A stretch of 64,000 nucleotides of DNA from an uncultured virus (IMG/VR IMGVR_UViG_3300025902_000617) (lineage: Duplodnaviria; Heunggongvirae; Uroviricota; Caudoviricetes). The notes under the pieces were generated by a model. The model had not been told where the DNA came from. It did no database searches and saw only the letters and a program-made list of their open reading frames with translations. A program made the translations under genes and the position numbers. Where the stretch lies: the IMG/VR virus record IMGVR_UViG_3300025902_000617; one strand, written 5' to 3'. This document shows, one piece after another, positions 27,708 through 38,213 of this stretch (position 1 is the stretch's first letter; the number at the start of each line of letters is the position of its first letter).

Positions 27708-30700
27708 TTATATTCCCTCCGAGAACTGGCACTTCTCTAATTTTTTCTTCGGTTGGCATAGTAAGCGGTTTCAAATACGTAAGAGTCATATCACGTTCTA
27801 TTTCGTCAAGCGCGTCATCTGTAATTTCGTATGAAACTCCGGCCTCGTCGAGATATGTGGTATCCCAATACCCGTTTGCCTCAAGTCTGTCAAACGTCCT
27901 CTTGCTTAAGAGACCAGAGTTGTAGAGACTGTCTATACTAACAATTCCGTGGCGACTCATAATATTTTTACACGGATCCGACTTATCGTCCGTTGCCCAC
28001 ATTTTTTGCGTGGGCTTTCCTTCCAGCGCTAAATTCAGGCACGCGGTATAAGCCTCTGACCGCGCATTCATTTCCATGTCCTTTTCGATATACCCTCTGT
28101 GCGATGACGACGTTATGTAGTCATCCGATGAATTGGTGTGATAATTTCCTACCTCATTGTATCCGTTCCTTCTTAACAAGACCTTTATCGCGTCGGTTAC
28201 AAGTTTTTTGTAAGTACTTAAACCGTATACCTTGTTCCCCCTGAACGTTTTATTCGGTTTCTTGTCTACAATATCATCGGGATCCCATCTGAAATTGTCT
28301 CCGGGCTTAGTCTTCATTACGGGTATAACCATCTCCCTCGCTAACCATGTCGGAGAAAATTCATCTGACGCAATGTAAGCAACATAAGATCCAAGCGACG
28401 CTACATATGGAACTATATTGTTAAAGCACCCGTCGTATAAATTCATACACGAAGACCAGTTCTGGCATGTTGATAGTCGTAACCAATCCGAAACCCTGTT
28501 ACTAACTACAAGTTTGAGTTTCGACGTGTTGCTCGAAACACCAGTCCCGCGGGTAAGGATTTTTTCCACTGTTTCTTCTTCGATCTTATATCTAATACTC
28601 TTTGTACGATAATCCTCGCTATTCAGCAGACCCCCGCGTATGAAAATCGATGCCGCTGTATATGACATCGACCATGGTTCCTTCGCATCCGGAGATGTGA
28701 ATATCACTTCTATGTTATAATCGTCCCCGGTCGCGGAAGTTGGTTGGTGAAGTACAACATCTTCGATTTTAACATTACTAAAGTTTCCAAATCTTCTCAA
28801 GACACGACCCTGTACTCTTTTTATAGCGGGGAAAAGAACTTCTTGTACTGCATGCGCATAGTTGAAACGCTCGGTACTTGTAATTCTATATGAACTGGGT
28901 TTATATTCCAATTCGTATACACCAGATAAACCCCAGTAATCATCAGAATTATGATATTTTACAGGAGCCATCGCCGCGGTGGCACCCTCAATCGTGTAAG
29001 CGTCCTTATTTTTATCGTACATCCCGTAATATTTTGCCCACGTGTTCTTGCGTGCATATGAATTCCAGCATTCTGCATCTGCACAAATCCGTCGATCCAT
29101 CGGGGATCCGGCTCCTGCACACTTGCATTTGGATGCATACACATCGAGCGCGGTTCCGTTCCTACTTGGGTGGCCGTTGGTTACATTTTCGTCTTGTCCC
29201 TTCCCCTCAAGATAATATGCGATATCGCGTACATTAACCCTTCCGCACACAAGGTCTCTCAGTGGAACCAATTTCCCACCTACATACATCGGTGCATCTG
29301 CTACTTTCCCGAAATCTTTCCTAGATATTAACCGTGTACACACATCCTTATCGCGCGTGACATCATCTCCGAACTTTTGCAAAAACGGAAATTTGTCATA
29401 GGCGTATTGCACACATGTTATTTTTTCTCCCGGTTTCCCGGAAGCAGATCCGTCGAAATCAGTACATAGCCCCGGCTTGAACAGATCTTTATATTCGAGT
29501 ATGTTTAGCGCGAGCGCCGGTCTTCCAGAAGTACTAGCAATATCTAATTCTTTCTGTATGCATGTTATGGTTCTATCGTTGGCATCTTTACAGTCTGGCA
29601 TTGTAAGTGTGGTAGATGTATTCGCGATCATACTTGTAATTCCAACACTATCGTCGCCAACCAACGGTGTTAATACGTCACGCATATGGAACAATTTCGG
29701 GGCGATTGCAGATTCTCTCGACAGTGGCCTGTCTGATGCTATGGATCTTGAAAGTTCGTTGGCATACCGAAGCTGTTCGCGATAGCCATGCACAAGACGA
29801 TCCATATCTTTGTCTGGCACATTACTACTGACAAACTTGTAATCTTCGATCTGGGATTGTATCACTGGCAGGAACTTCGCGTATTGCTTCGATGGGTAGT
29901 GTGCTTTAACTTTCCCCATATCATATTCTGGAATTACAAATTCGAACCCGACAGAAGAATCCATGTTATATGATTTTGATACCATCGATAAATTTGCAAC
30001 ATCCAACCCCACTTTTGCATACATATCCTTTTGTTTTGTTTTCGCATAATAATCTGACAAATCTGAAAGTTCTACCGCGCGGTGCAGCGCATACGCCCAC
30101 ATCTGATGCCGCTGGAACAATTTGTCGATGCATGTCATAGGAGTTTTATCCCAGTCAGTGCAATCCATCCGGTCTATGAGTAACCCGGAATTGACAATGC
30201 TTTGCATAGTATTTGCATTGGATGTTTCAATTATCTTATCGAGGCAATTTTTTATAGTGTGTGTACCGTCTGATGCATAGACTGAACAATCAAGATCTGA
30301 CGGAGGAACTTTTTCCACGATTTTCCTAACAGATGCACTTGACAACTTATATTTGTTTACAGCATCTATCAACGAGTTAAAGCAAGACACCCGATCCGAT
30401 CCGCTGAAACATGTAGACTCTACTATTCCACTGAAAAGGTCTTCTACATGCATATCGTCTATAGAATTCACAATGTTACGAGCCGTATCATTGGAATAGT
30501 AATTGTCATAATTTGACAGGTTCGTTAAAACTTTTCCGAGACATGATATTTGAGATCCGTCTTCAGATAAACACAGTGGGTCTACCGGGATACGTACTGC
30601 ACCCAAATTGGTTCCAGATATAGCCATGTAATCTATAGCGGTCGTTTCGTCTGGATACTCTGGGACAAGTTTTTCAAATTTGTATTTTGTCGATAAGATA

Positions 30701-31677
30701 TCTTTGAGATATCTTCCCGTTCCATATCCTCCAATGTCAGTTCTAGAAAGAACATGAATATAGTTGAAATTAGTTGTGTTCTGGAGAATACTCTGTATAC
30801 ATGGCATTCTTTTATTATTGTCATAAATATGTGTGCAATCCACTTCCAAATCGTATTTATCGAGTTCTGGAGTAATCCCATAGTACCCAGCTCTCGACTC
30901 CCCAAACAATTTCAGCTCCCTTTTGATAAGAGCTTCCATGCACGATGTTTGCCTGTATATACTCTTTCTCCCAACGCGATCAAAAAAAACGCCACATCTG
31001 GTTCCATCGTTTACTAAGTCCACGACCGCGGGCGACGTGAATAAATCTTTAGATCTGTATCCCCCGTAAATACCGTTCAACGCTTCGAGTTCGATTAGAT
31101 ATGTCATGCAATTTGTAAATTCCTCTTTCGGTTTCGCGTTATCTGTAGATATCGTTGATATTTTGCAGTGCTTTGAAGACTCTGGGTGAGCGTATTCATT
31201 ATAAATATAAAACTCAGCTATCGCTCTCGAAATCTCCATATACAAGCCATTAACAGATTTTACATAGTCGGCGAAACTGCGCCATGATCCTGCTGGAAAC
31301 TTCGCGTATGCAGCTTGGAGTTTTGTAAGTTCCCAATAATCAACAAAACTTCTATATTTATCTACGCCTTCTATATTTTTTATATTGGAGATATTCTTAT
31401 CTATCGTCTCCTTTAAGTATTGGTTTTTCCCATTATATATTCCCGGGCGAACCAATATATATGTGGGCGTGCCGCGCCTACGCGTTTTGTGCAAATCACC
31501 GGACGCAACCGAGAGTATATAATCCATGCACGAAGCGTATGCCTTTGTTCCCGTTGGATCTGATTTCCCACTTTCAATAGTTTCTAGGTGCTCTATACAG
31601 TTGAAAAAATATTTCCCGAGCAGTAACGGATCCCTCCACATTTCGGATTCTATACCGCCGGTGTATTTACGAGCCAT
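27700..31677 (-). CDS. 1325-aa protein with ~10 Cys-pair repeats
   Basis: Long ORF; recurring C-x(8-21)-C-h-x-x-h-h; C-terminal LSTCQNWSSCM motif. Confidence 0.85.
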   Translation of the reverse strand: MARKYTGGIESEMWRDPLLLGKYFFNCIEHLETIESGKSDPTGTKAYASCMDYILSVASGDLHKTRRRGTPTYILVRPGIYNGKNQYLKETIDKNISNIKNIEGVDKYRSFVDYWELTKLQAAYAKFPAGSWRSFADYVKSVNGLYMEISRAIAEFYIYNEYAHPESSKHCKISTISTDNAKPKEEFTNCMTYLIELEALNGIYGGYRSKDLFTSPAVVDLVNDGTRCGVFFDRVGRKSIYRQTSCMEALIKRELKLFGESRAGYYGITPELDKYDLEVDCTHIYDNNKRMPCIQSILQNTTNFNYIHVLSRTDIGGYGTGRYLKDILSTKYKFEKLVPEYPDETTAIDYMAISGTNLGAVRIPVDPLCLSEDGSQISCLGKVLTNLSNYDNYYSNDTARNIVNSIDDMHVEDLFSGIVESTCFSGSDRVSCFNSLIDAVNKYKLSSASVRKIVEKVPPSDLDCSVYASDGTHTIKNCLDKIIETSNANTMQSIVNSGLLIDRMDCTDWDKTPMTCIDKLFQRHQMWAYALHRAVELSDLSDYYAKTKQKDMYAKVGLDVANLSMVSKSYNMDSSVGFEFVIPEYDMGKVKAHYPSKQYAKFLPVIQSQIEDYKFVSSNVPDKDMDRLVHGYREQLRYANELSRSIASDRPLSRESAIAPKLFHMRDVLTPLVGDDSVGITSMIANTSTTLTMPDCKDANDRTITCIQKELDIASTSGRPALALNILEYKDLFKPGLCTDFDGSASGKPGEKITCVQYAYDKFPFLQKFGDDVTRDKDVCTRLISRKDFGKVADAPMYVGGKLVPLRDLVCGRVNVRDIAYYLEGKGQDENVTNGHPSRNGTALDVYASKCKCAGAGSPMDRRICADAECWNSYARKNTWAKYYGMYDKNKDAYTIEGATAAMAPVKYHNSDDYWGLSGVYELEYKPSSYRITSTERFNYAHAVQEVLFPAIKRVQGRVLRRFGNFSNVKIEDVVLHQPTSATGDDYNIEVIFTSPDAKEPWSMSYTAASIFIRGGLLNSEDYRTKSIRYKIEEETVEKILTRGTGVSSNTSKLKLVVSNRVSDWLRLSTCQNWSSCMNLYDGCFNNIVPYVASLGSYVAYIASDEFSPTWLAREMVIPVMKTKPGDNFRWDPDDIVDKKPNKTFRGNKVYGLSTYKKLVTDAIKVLLRRNGYNEVGNYHTNSSDDYITSSSHRGYIEKDMEMNARSEAYTACLNLALEGKPTQKMWATDDKSDPCKNIMSRHGIVSIDSLYNSGLLSKRTFDRLEANGYWDTTYLDEAGVSYEITDDALDEIERDMTLTYLKPLTMPTEEKIREVPVLGGNINV

Positions 31678-31887
31678 CGAGACTACTCCACTACTTGTCG
31701 CCGAGTATCTTTTTTAATTCTTTTGAAATAGATTCCTCTCTGTCGGGTGTAACTTGATCTTCCTTCAGTACCCGTATAAATGCATCTGCAATAAATTTTT
31801 GCTCTTTTTTATTCTGCTTGTCAGTCCCCATGATACTATACTCTTTGTTCCAAAAGTTATATAAATGTATCGGACACATAGTACAGT

Positions 31888-34344
31888 ATGTCAACATCAG
31901 AATCGAAAATGTTTCGGTTTCTCAAAACACATGGCACGGTTGACTTGGATGAACTCGTGCAGGGAGCCGAAGTAAGCTACGGGGCGGCTGAGGCATTTAT
32001 AGAAAAATACTTGCTATCTCAAACCATCATAAAAGTAAATGGCAAGTACCGACTAAGAGTTGTACTCGATCCACCGCTCAAGGAAATGCCGCAAACAACC
32101 CAGTTCTGGGACTTCGGGAAAATCCGCGCGCGCATTCAGAGTGAAACTGGAGTAGAAGCTATATCCGTTCCTAGGAAATGGCGCAATCCTTACATCGATT
32201 ATCTCCCGAAAAAGATCGATCAAGGAGATCGTGGAACTTGCTTCCACGGATCTACTAGCATTTTAATGGAGAACTTCGAATATAGACGGATACGGGACAT
32301 ATCCGTCGGAGATTACGTAATAACTCATACCGGAGAAAAGGGAAAAGTTATCGATGTTATGAAACGAAAATGGCAGGGAAACACATATAAATTATACATA
32401 TATGGCATAAACACCCCGATTGAATGCACCGGAGAGCATCCTATATTGACGCGCTTTGGGTGGAAAGACGCCGCGGCGCTATCTAAAGATGATTATGTTG
32501 CCATTCCAACATTGAGTGATATTAGTTTCGACAAATCTATTTATACATTCGAGGGCGACCCCGATTTTATGTGGGTTCTTGGAATGTATCTCGCTGAAGG
32601 ATCTCTCGACGATAAATGTTATGAAACCCGTGACAGTGGCCTCCGTGTAACATTCTCGTTGAATCACGACGAGACCAGTTTTGCAGAACGTATAAAATCT
32701 ACAATGACCAAATATGGAGCTTCGGTATCATTCCGTTATAAACACGAGAATAGCGTGATGAGAGTTGATATCGCCGGTGAAAAGTGGGTAAAGATATTCA
32801 AAGAACTCGGGAATGAATATTGCAACCACAAGAAACTCGCAGATCGTATAATGTTCGCACCACCAGAACTTCAGTATTCAATATACGAGGGGTGGAGAGA
32901 TGGCGATGGCCACAAACGCGTAGACAGGGGTTGTTGGGAAACGGTAACAACGTCATACGATCTGGCCATTCAGATGCAGCGCATTCTGCTACGCAATAAT
33001 ATTCGCGGAAACGTTCAAACGCGCGCTACCCCAGACGGAAAACTTGAGAGTTACACTCTTGAAGTAAACGATCAGGTCGGCAAACTTCGCGGGGTATTCG
33101 AAAACGGATACTACTTCTCGAAAGTCAGAATGATAGAAAAAATCCCGCAATATATGGGGGGTCACGTATATAATCTAGAAATAGAGGGAGACCACTCGTA
33201 CATCGCAGAGTCTGTGGCAGTTCACAACTGCGTGGGTTTCTCTACTGCAATTGGACTGACACTACTGTATTACCAGATTACGAAAGATCTTCCAACCGCT
33301 ACTGAAATGGCAGCAATGAAACGAAATGTAGAGGAGTCAATCGGGTGTACCAACGGAAAACCACTCGTGCGAGACGATTTCGGAAAAAGATGGAAAAGCC
33401 CTGAGTTTATATACGACCGAAGCCGTGAAGTTGGAAATGTGACGGAACCTTCTGGCTCATACCTGTCTGCCGCAGTTAAAGCTATACGCGACTTTGGTTC
33501 ATGCTTCGAAAACGAGTGCTGGACATCCAAAACCCCGTATTGTGTTGGACAGTTTTACCCGGTTCTGTCGGGAGAAACGCAGGAACAGGCCAAGGCACGC
33601 ATATTAGCATCCGCGGCTCAGCATAAAACGGAAGGTTACGCATCGATTAACGATTTCGATTCCCTATGTGATGCGATTTATACACAGTGGGCTTCCGGCA
33701 ACGGAGGGGGGTTTGCACTCATTCCAATCGACATCTTTGGAAACTACACCAATAACGGATGCACGGGCATTTACCCGGATCCGGTTGGACTTTCAATCGG
33801 TTCACACGCACAATGTGTTGTCGGGTTCGATAAGGACGCGCGCACGCTTGAGTTCCGCCAGTCGTGGGGAGATAACTGGAGCGACGATGGTGGAATAACA
33901 GAGAGATATTTCGACCTCGCTGCCGGGACAGCGTTCGTCATTCTCGACAAAGAGGAAACGGCAATTGCCCAGAAATTGTACTCGCGCGTAGAACTAAAAT
34001 GCAATGTCCCTGTAGAGTATTTTACCGTGGGTGGAGAAGAGCATGCCGGATCCAATCTGGTACTTGCTTTAGAGCGCGGGAAAACATTCAGTTTCGTTGT
34101 ATACCCAGCGTATCCAACGAAAGTGGTAGAGAAAAGCCTCGCGTTTGATGCCACCCCGACAGAAGAGAATGTAACCATTACGGTTGTGTTCACTGCGAGG
34201 GCAGACCCAAACCCGAACCCGGATCCAAACCCGGATCCAAACCCCGATCCAAACCCAAACCCAGATCCAAATCCCATAAGCAAAAGCTGGATTCAGATAC
34301 TCATTGATTTCATCCGTAAAATCATTGAAATTTTCAAAAGATAA
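31888..34344 (+). CDS. Papain-like (C1) cysteine peptidase interrupted by an intein
   Basis: Spliced sequence DQGDRGT|CVGFS; GSHAQCVVGFD; RQSWG; PD/PN linker and amphipathic tail. Confidence 0.9.
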   Translation: MSTSESKMFRFLKTHGTVDLDELVQGAEVSYGAAEAFIEKYLLSQTIIKVNGKYRLRVVLDPPLKEMPQTTQFWDFGKIRARIQSETGVEAISVPRKWRNPYIDYLPKKIDQGDRGTCFHGSTSILMENFEYRRIRDISVGDYVITHTGEKGKVIDVMKRKWQGNTYKLYIYGINTPIECTGEHPILTRFGWKDAAALSKDDYVAIPTLSDISFDKSIYTFEGDPDFMWVLGMYLAEGSLDDKCYETRDSGLRVTFSLNHDETSFAERIKSTMTKYGASVSFRYKHENSVMRVDIAGEKWVKIFKELGNEYCNHKKLADRIMFAPPELQYSIYEGWRDGDGHKRVDRGCWETVTTSYDLAIQMQRILLRNNIRGNVQTRATPDGKLESYTLEVNDQVGKLRGVFENGYYFSKVRMIEKIPQYMGGHVYNLEIEGDHSYIAESVAVHNCVGFSTAIGLTLLYYQITKDLPTATEMAAMKRNVEESIGCTNGKPLVRDDFGKRWKSPEFIYDRSREVGNVTEPSGSYLSAAVKAIRDFGSCFENECWTSKTPYCVGQFYPVLSGETQEQAKARILASAAQHKTEGYASINDFDSLCDAIYTQWASGNGGGFALIPIDIFGNYTNNGCTGIYPDPVGLSIGSHAQCVVGFDKDARTLEFRQSWGDNWSDDGGITERYFDLAAGTAFVILDKEETAIAQKLYSRVELKCNVPVEYFTVGGEEHAGSNLVLALERGKTFSFVVYPAYPTKVVEKSLAFDATPTEENVTITVVFTARADPNPNPDPNPDPNPDPNPNPDPNPISKSWIQILIDFIRKIIEIFKR
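32239..33228 (+). mobile_element. Intein (330 aa) with LAGLIDADG homing endonuclease
   Basis: Starts CFHGST; block B CTGEHP; LGMYLAEG and GWRDGDG; block F VYNLEIEGDHSY; ends VHN followed by Cys+1. Confidence 0.95.
34204..34275 (+). repeat. Coding tandem repeat (Asp/Asn-Pro)n linker
   Basis: GAT/AAC-CCN repeats with synonymous variation encoding DPNPNPDPNP... Confidence 0.85.
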
Positions 34345-34348
34345 TTTT

Positions 34349-34714
34349 TTAGTCCCCGTTTTGAGGAAGCTCTAATTGCACAAGTGCGTGCATCACATTA
34401 ACAATTACATCCTCCGGCTGTTGACCTACACCGACAACAATTTGACTGTCGAGTAGTGAAAACGCTTCGATTATCTCTGATAATTTCTGCGCGCAGAAAT
34501 CGCGCAATTCGTCATCAACAAGTAATGGCTGCGGGAAATAATCAAACCCATCTTTAATTATAATTCCCTGCTCTTCCAAAAAAGAAAGGTGGTATGATGT
34601 TTTCTGTGGAGGTATCTTGAGTTTCTTCGAAATGGCGCTTAACGTCATCGGCTTGCGAGCTTTTACAAGCGTTTCCAGAATCACAAGTCGAGTACTCGCC
34701 ACCATCTCACTCAT
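34349..34714 (-). CDS. Winged-helix (ArsR-like) transcription regulator
   Basis: TRLVILETL...MTLSAISKKL...SYHLSFLEEQGII. Confidence 0.8.
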   Translation of the reverse strand: MSEMVASTRLVILETLVKARKPMTLSAISKKLKIPPQKTSYHLSFLEEQGIIIKDGFDYFPQPLLVDDELRDFCAQKLSEIIEAFSLLDSQIVVGVGQQPEDVIVNVMHALVQLELPQNGD

Positions 34715-35018
34715 CTATGAGATACTTAACAGGAAAACCCGCTTTTAATTCAACTATGAACATTGGAGCTTCGGTCAGATTCAGTTCCTTCACCATTTCG
34801 AATCCTTTGTCATCTCCAACATCAGTAACTTTGATTTCACCCGATTTTATCTCCTTTTTCAAATCCCGTTTCAACTGCGCGCACGTTGGGCACCCTTCAG
34901 AAGTGAGAAGCCATCGCTGCGCAATGTCGCTCTCCCTGAAAGTTATTGTAGTCGTCTTACTTTTTCCCGCGTCTTGCTTTTTGGACTTTTTTGCGTCCCG
35001 CTTGTCGTTTCGTACCAT
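34707..35018 (-). CDS. Thioredoxin/glutaredoxin-like protein
   Basis: GCPTC active-site motif and cis-Pro-like EAPMF; GGAGG SD. Confidence 0.7.
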   Translation of the reverse strand: MVRNDKRDAKKSKKQDAGKSKTTTITFRESDIAQRWLLTSEGCPTCAQLKRDLKKEIKSGEIKVTDVGDDKGFEMVKELNLTEAPMFIVELKAGFPVKYLIDE

Positions 35019-35622
35019 TTGTAGCCCTCCTGACAATAATCTGTCGTTCCTCGTTCTCCTCTTCATCCGTGATTTGTGCGGTTTGCGGCTTATAAAGCTC
35101 AACCGCCTCTTCAACAAGTTTTTTCTGCTTTTTAGTTAAATCGTACCAAGTAAGCTCCCGCGGAATCTCCCCGCTTTCTTTAAGTTTTTGAAGCGCCAAA
35201 ACTTTTTCACTGACATCGAGAATTTCTCCGGTCTTTTCTCCTACGAAATCGATTGTCTCAGACAGTGTGTTTTTACATACTCCGCACTTTGACTTTTGAC
35301 GAGCTTTCTCAAGTTCGTCCATAGCCGCAGTTATATGTTCGTTGGATTCGCGAATATCACGTTCTACGGACTCCCGCGGTGAAAGCATTGGGGCGCGCTG
35401 TGGCGGAAGCTTGTTTTGTTCCACGATTTTGATGAGATGATCGGTGTGTTCATTCATCTCCTTGATTTTCTCGTCTTTTGACTGTCCGAAAATCATATTG
35501 AGGAATGTATTCACACCCGCATCTACAAGCTGAGAAACCTGATACCCAACGGCATTTTCTGCCCCATTTGCCGCATTCGCAGCGATCATTTTGGCGATAT
35601 CCGGGGCGTTATTTATTGCCAT
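34957..35622 (-). CDS. Hypothetical helical protein with CxxC
   Basis: AGGTG SD before MAINN; CGVC. Confidence 0.65.
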   Translation of the reverse strand: MAINNAPDIAKMIAANAANGAENAVGYQVSQLVDAGVNTFLNMIFGQSKDEKIKEMNEHTDHLIKIVEQNKLPPQRAPMLSPRESVERDIRESNEHITAAMDELEKARQKSKCGVCKNTLSETIDFVGEKTGEILDVSEKVLALQKLKESGEIPRELTWYDLTKKQKKLVEEAVELYKPQTAQITDEEENEERQIIVRRATNGTKRQAGRKKVQKARRGKK

Positions 35623-36007
35623 TTTGCACACCTTCGAGAATATCATCAATTTGCTTTTTAAGCCAGACCCTACCGCGATCCTCCGGGGTATTAACAATTA
35701 TGTTATAAAGTATCTGATGATCCGACTGCAACCACTTGAGCACAACAGTATCAAAACCTCCGTATTCTGCGTCGACAACTTTTTTAACATCTGCTATCAT
35801 TGAAAGATCTGACAGCGGGAGAGACTTCGTGTATTCACCAATGTCGTCACTAGCTATCCCCCATAGGGATGTGTCTTCACGTATAGCTGCAACCAACTCT
35901 TTCGGAGTAACGGTTTTTATAGCACCATTCACGAGACCGCGCACTACTTCTATTGCCACAGTCGTCATGAACCCAGATTTGATGCTTTTGGAATTCATCC
36001 CTAGCAC
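35609..36007 (-). CDS. Hypothetical protein
   Basis: GGAGTGA SD before a GTG start. Confidence 0.6.
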   Translation of the reverse strand: MLGMNSKSIKSGFMTTVAIEVVRGLVNGAIKTVTPKELVAAIREDTSLWGIASDDIGEYTKSLPLSDLSMIADVKKVVDAEYGGFDTVVLKWLQSDHQILYNIIVNTPEDRGRVWLKKQIDDILEGVQNGNK

Positions 36008-36035
36008 ATTAATCACTCCATAACTGTTTGCGCGC

Positions 36036-38213
36036 TTACAATATAACTTTTGCCCTCTTCTTCGCCTCGTCTTCCTCAGAAAACACGCCTTCGGTTGTTG
36101 GCGTTTCTTTCGGAGACTCATCATTATGGGCTTCTGGCTGAGCTTCCTCTGGCGGGGAACCGGCTGCTGTAAACGCAGATCCACACGTGCCGCATACAAC
36201 CCGTGTGTCGCCGGGATGTGCAATTATATCAAGCCCACAGGTGGGGCATGGGATTGCTATTGTCCCGTCTTCCTTGGAGACCCCGCGGACGTGGTATTTC
36301 TCGGCCTCGGTCACTTGTTTCTGCTCTGGGGCGCGCGGTTGTGCACCCGTGTCTACCTTTGGCTCGGGCTTTGCATCGATTTGCTCCATTTCGCTTGCCA
36401 GCGGCTCGGTTTGAGCCTGCGGTGGTTGCGTTTCAGCAAGGCTCTGGGAATGTGCTTGCATTGCTGCCATTCTCTGGGATTCAAGATATGCCGTTGCAAA
36501 CGACTCACCGATCTTGGTAAGTGCCTGTCCTGCAAGATCCCGTGCGAAAGCGCGCCCTTCCGCCTTGTCCTTGAATTCAGCCTGCGCAAGCTCAAGCTCG
36601 TTGGCAAGCTTCTGCAACTGAATCCTCTGAGTAAGTTCCTCAGATGTATTTGTCAAGGGGGAGGCGCGACTCCCTTTTTTTAATTCCATCAACTCCTGCA
36701 TTAAAATTTTCTGCATCGGGTCTTCGCGCTTTCCACTTTCAAGCGTGTTCATCAGAAGAGTCTTGTTTAACTCCGACTGGTTCGCAAGCAGTGATGCCAG
36801 CAGCGGATCGGTTTGCTTTTGCTGCGGAGCTCCCTGATCCATGCTCTTCGACTTAATCACATCGAACATAAGCGCGCGCATCTGCGATACTTCGTTCTGC
36901 AACGCGTCTTCACGCTTGCTCGCAACAAGAGAGTTTTGCAGCTTCTCGAACTGCGATGTGAGTTCTTCTGTGATCATCTGCTTTACCTGCTGCGGAGATA
37001 CACCTTGCGGTCGTACCGGTGGTGCCATCGCCATCGCCCTCGGATCAACATCGTACGGAATACGTGAATCGCGATACATCGGATCTACGTACATATCTCT
37101 TCCATACGGGTCGCGCTGCGGGAATTGCTCCTGCATTCTGTTTCCGGGGAACGGCATTCCATTCTGAATTCCACCGCGCATGATCGGGGTGTTGAACGGA
37201 GGAGTATTAATTCCTCGGCTATCGTTCAGGTGCATATTCCCGGCGGGATTACCCATCATGGAGAGAAGTCTTTCCTGACGTTCCCTGCGCTTCTGCTCAC
37301 GGTATAATTCCGCCTGATATCTCTGTGCGATCTTCCTCGAAGATGCCGGTGAGAGATACATTTCGATTACACCCTGAATTGCAGATGGTTGCCATCCGTC
37401 CGGTTGTAAATCGATATAATCGAAAATATGCGCCATAGAGATTTCGTCTATTCCGCTTTCCTCGATCACGTTCTTGAGAATCTCGTTTGGATCCATTGGC
37501 TCATCTTCCTCTAGAGGAGCGTGAGGACGCGAAACCGACTTACGACCAACGCGCGGAACATCTTCGTCGTCTTCGTCTTCTTCCACCGGAACGCGCGCGC
37601 GCGCCTTTTTCGTCGGCTTCTTTTCTCGAATCGGAGTGCGCTCGTAGTCCTCGTCTTCGTCGTTGTATTCGTCGTCCTCATCGGCAAGAACCCGGAAACG
37701 ACTCGCTTTCGTTTTCTTCCCGCTAATATCGGTCGTAGTTTCTACCTGAGCGGTGTATTCGGGATCTTCGTCGTCTTCCTCTTCCTCTTCCTCGTCATCT
37801 TCCGGTTCCTCTTCGTCTTCCTCGTCGTCTACATCTTCTGTAGTATCGAGGGCAGATGTCTTGAGTCCTTCCGAGCGAGGTATCGTAGTATTAACATCTG
37901 GCTGGAACACGGCTCCGTTTTGGATAGCTGATGTAGATGTTGCAGTCTGAGTCTGACCAGACAACGATGCGAACAACTGTCCTACCGCTACCGGATCGCG
38001 CGGGTTTACACCAAACATTTTGTACACGTCTTCTTTTCGAAGTCTGGCAACTTTGTTGCATTTGGGACACAGCGTTACAAAACTCTTCCCGCTGCTGCTA
38101 GCGGCGATTTTCTCTTTAGGAACTTTAAACTTGTGCCCGTTTATGCACTTTGTCGAAAGTATATCCTGATCCATAATGTCTAATTGTTCGTCAATTTCAG
38201 TCAACCGCTTCAC
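36036..38213 (-). CDS. Large low-complexity/coiled-coil protein with terminal Zn ribbons
   Basis: N-terminal CINGH..CPKC; poly-Asp/Glu tract; Pro/Met/Gln-rich region; C-terminal CPTC..CGTC. Confidence 0.8.
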   Translation of the reverse strand: MKRLTEIDEQLDIMDQDILSTKCINGHKFKVPKEKIAASSSGKSFVTLCPKCNKVARLRKEDVYKMFGVNPRDPVAVGQLFASLSGQTQTATSTSAIQNGAVFQPDVNTTIPRSEGLKTSALDTTEDVDDEEDEEEPEDDEEEEEEDDEDPEYTAQVETTTDISGKKTKASRFRVLADEDDEYNDEDEDYERTPIREKKPTKKARARVPVEEDEDDEDVPRVGRKSVSRPHAPLEEDEPMDPNEILKNVIEESGIDEISMAHIFDYIDLQPDGWQPSAIQGVIEMYLSPASSRKIAQRYQAELYREQKRRERQERLLSMMGNPAGNMHLNDSRGINTPPFNTPIMRGGIQNGMPFPGNRMQEQFPQRDPYGRDMYVDPMYRDSRIPYDVDPRAMAMAPPVRPQGVSPQQVKQMITEELTSQFEKLQNSLVASKREDALQNEVSQMRALMFDVIKSKSMDQGAPQQKQTDPLLASLLANQSELNKTLLMNTLESGKREDPMQKILMQELMELKKGSRASPLTNTSEELTQRIQLQKLANELELAQAEFKDKAEGRAFARDLAGQALTKIGESFATAYLESQRMAAMQAHSQSLAETQPPQAQTEPLASEMEQIDAKPEPKVDTGAQPRAPEQKQVTEAEKYHVRGVSKEDGTIAIPCPTCGLDIIAHPGDTRVVCGTCGSAFTAAGSPPEEAQPEAHNDESPKETPTTEGVFSEEDEAKKRAKVIL

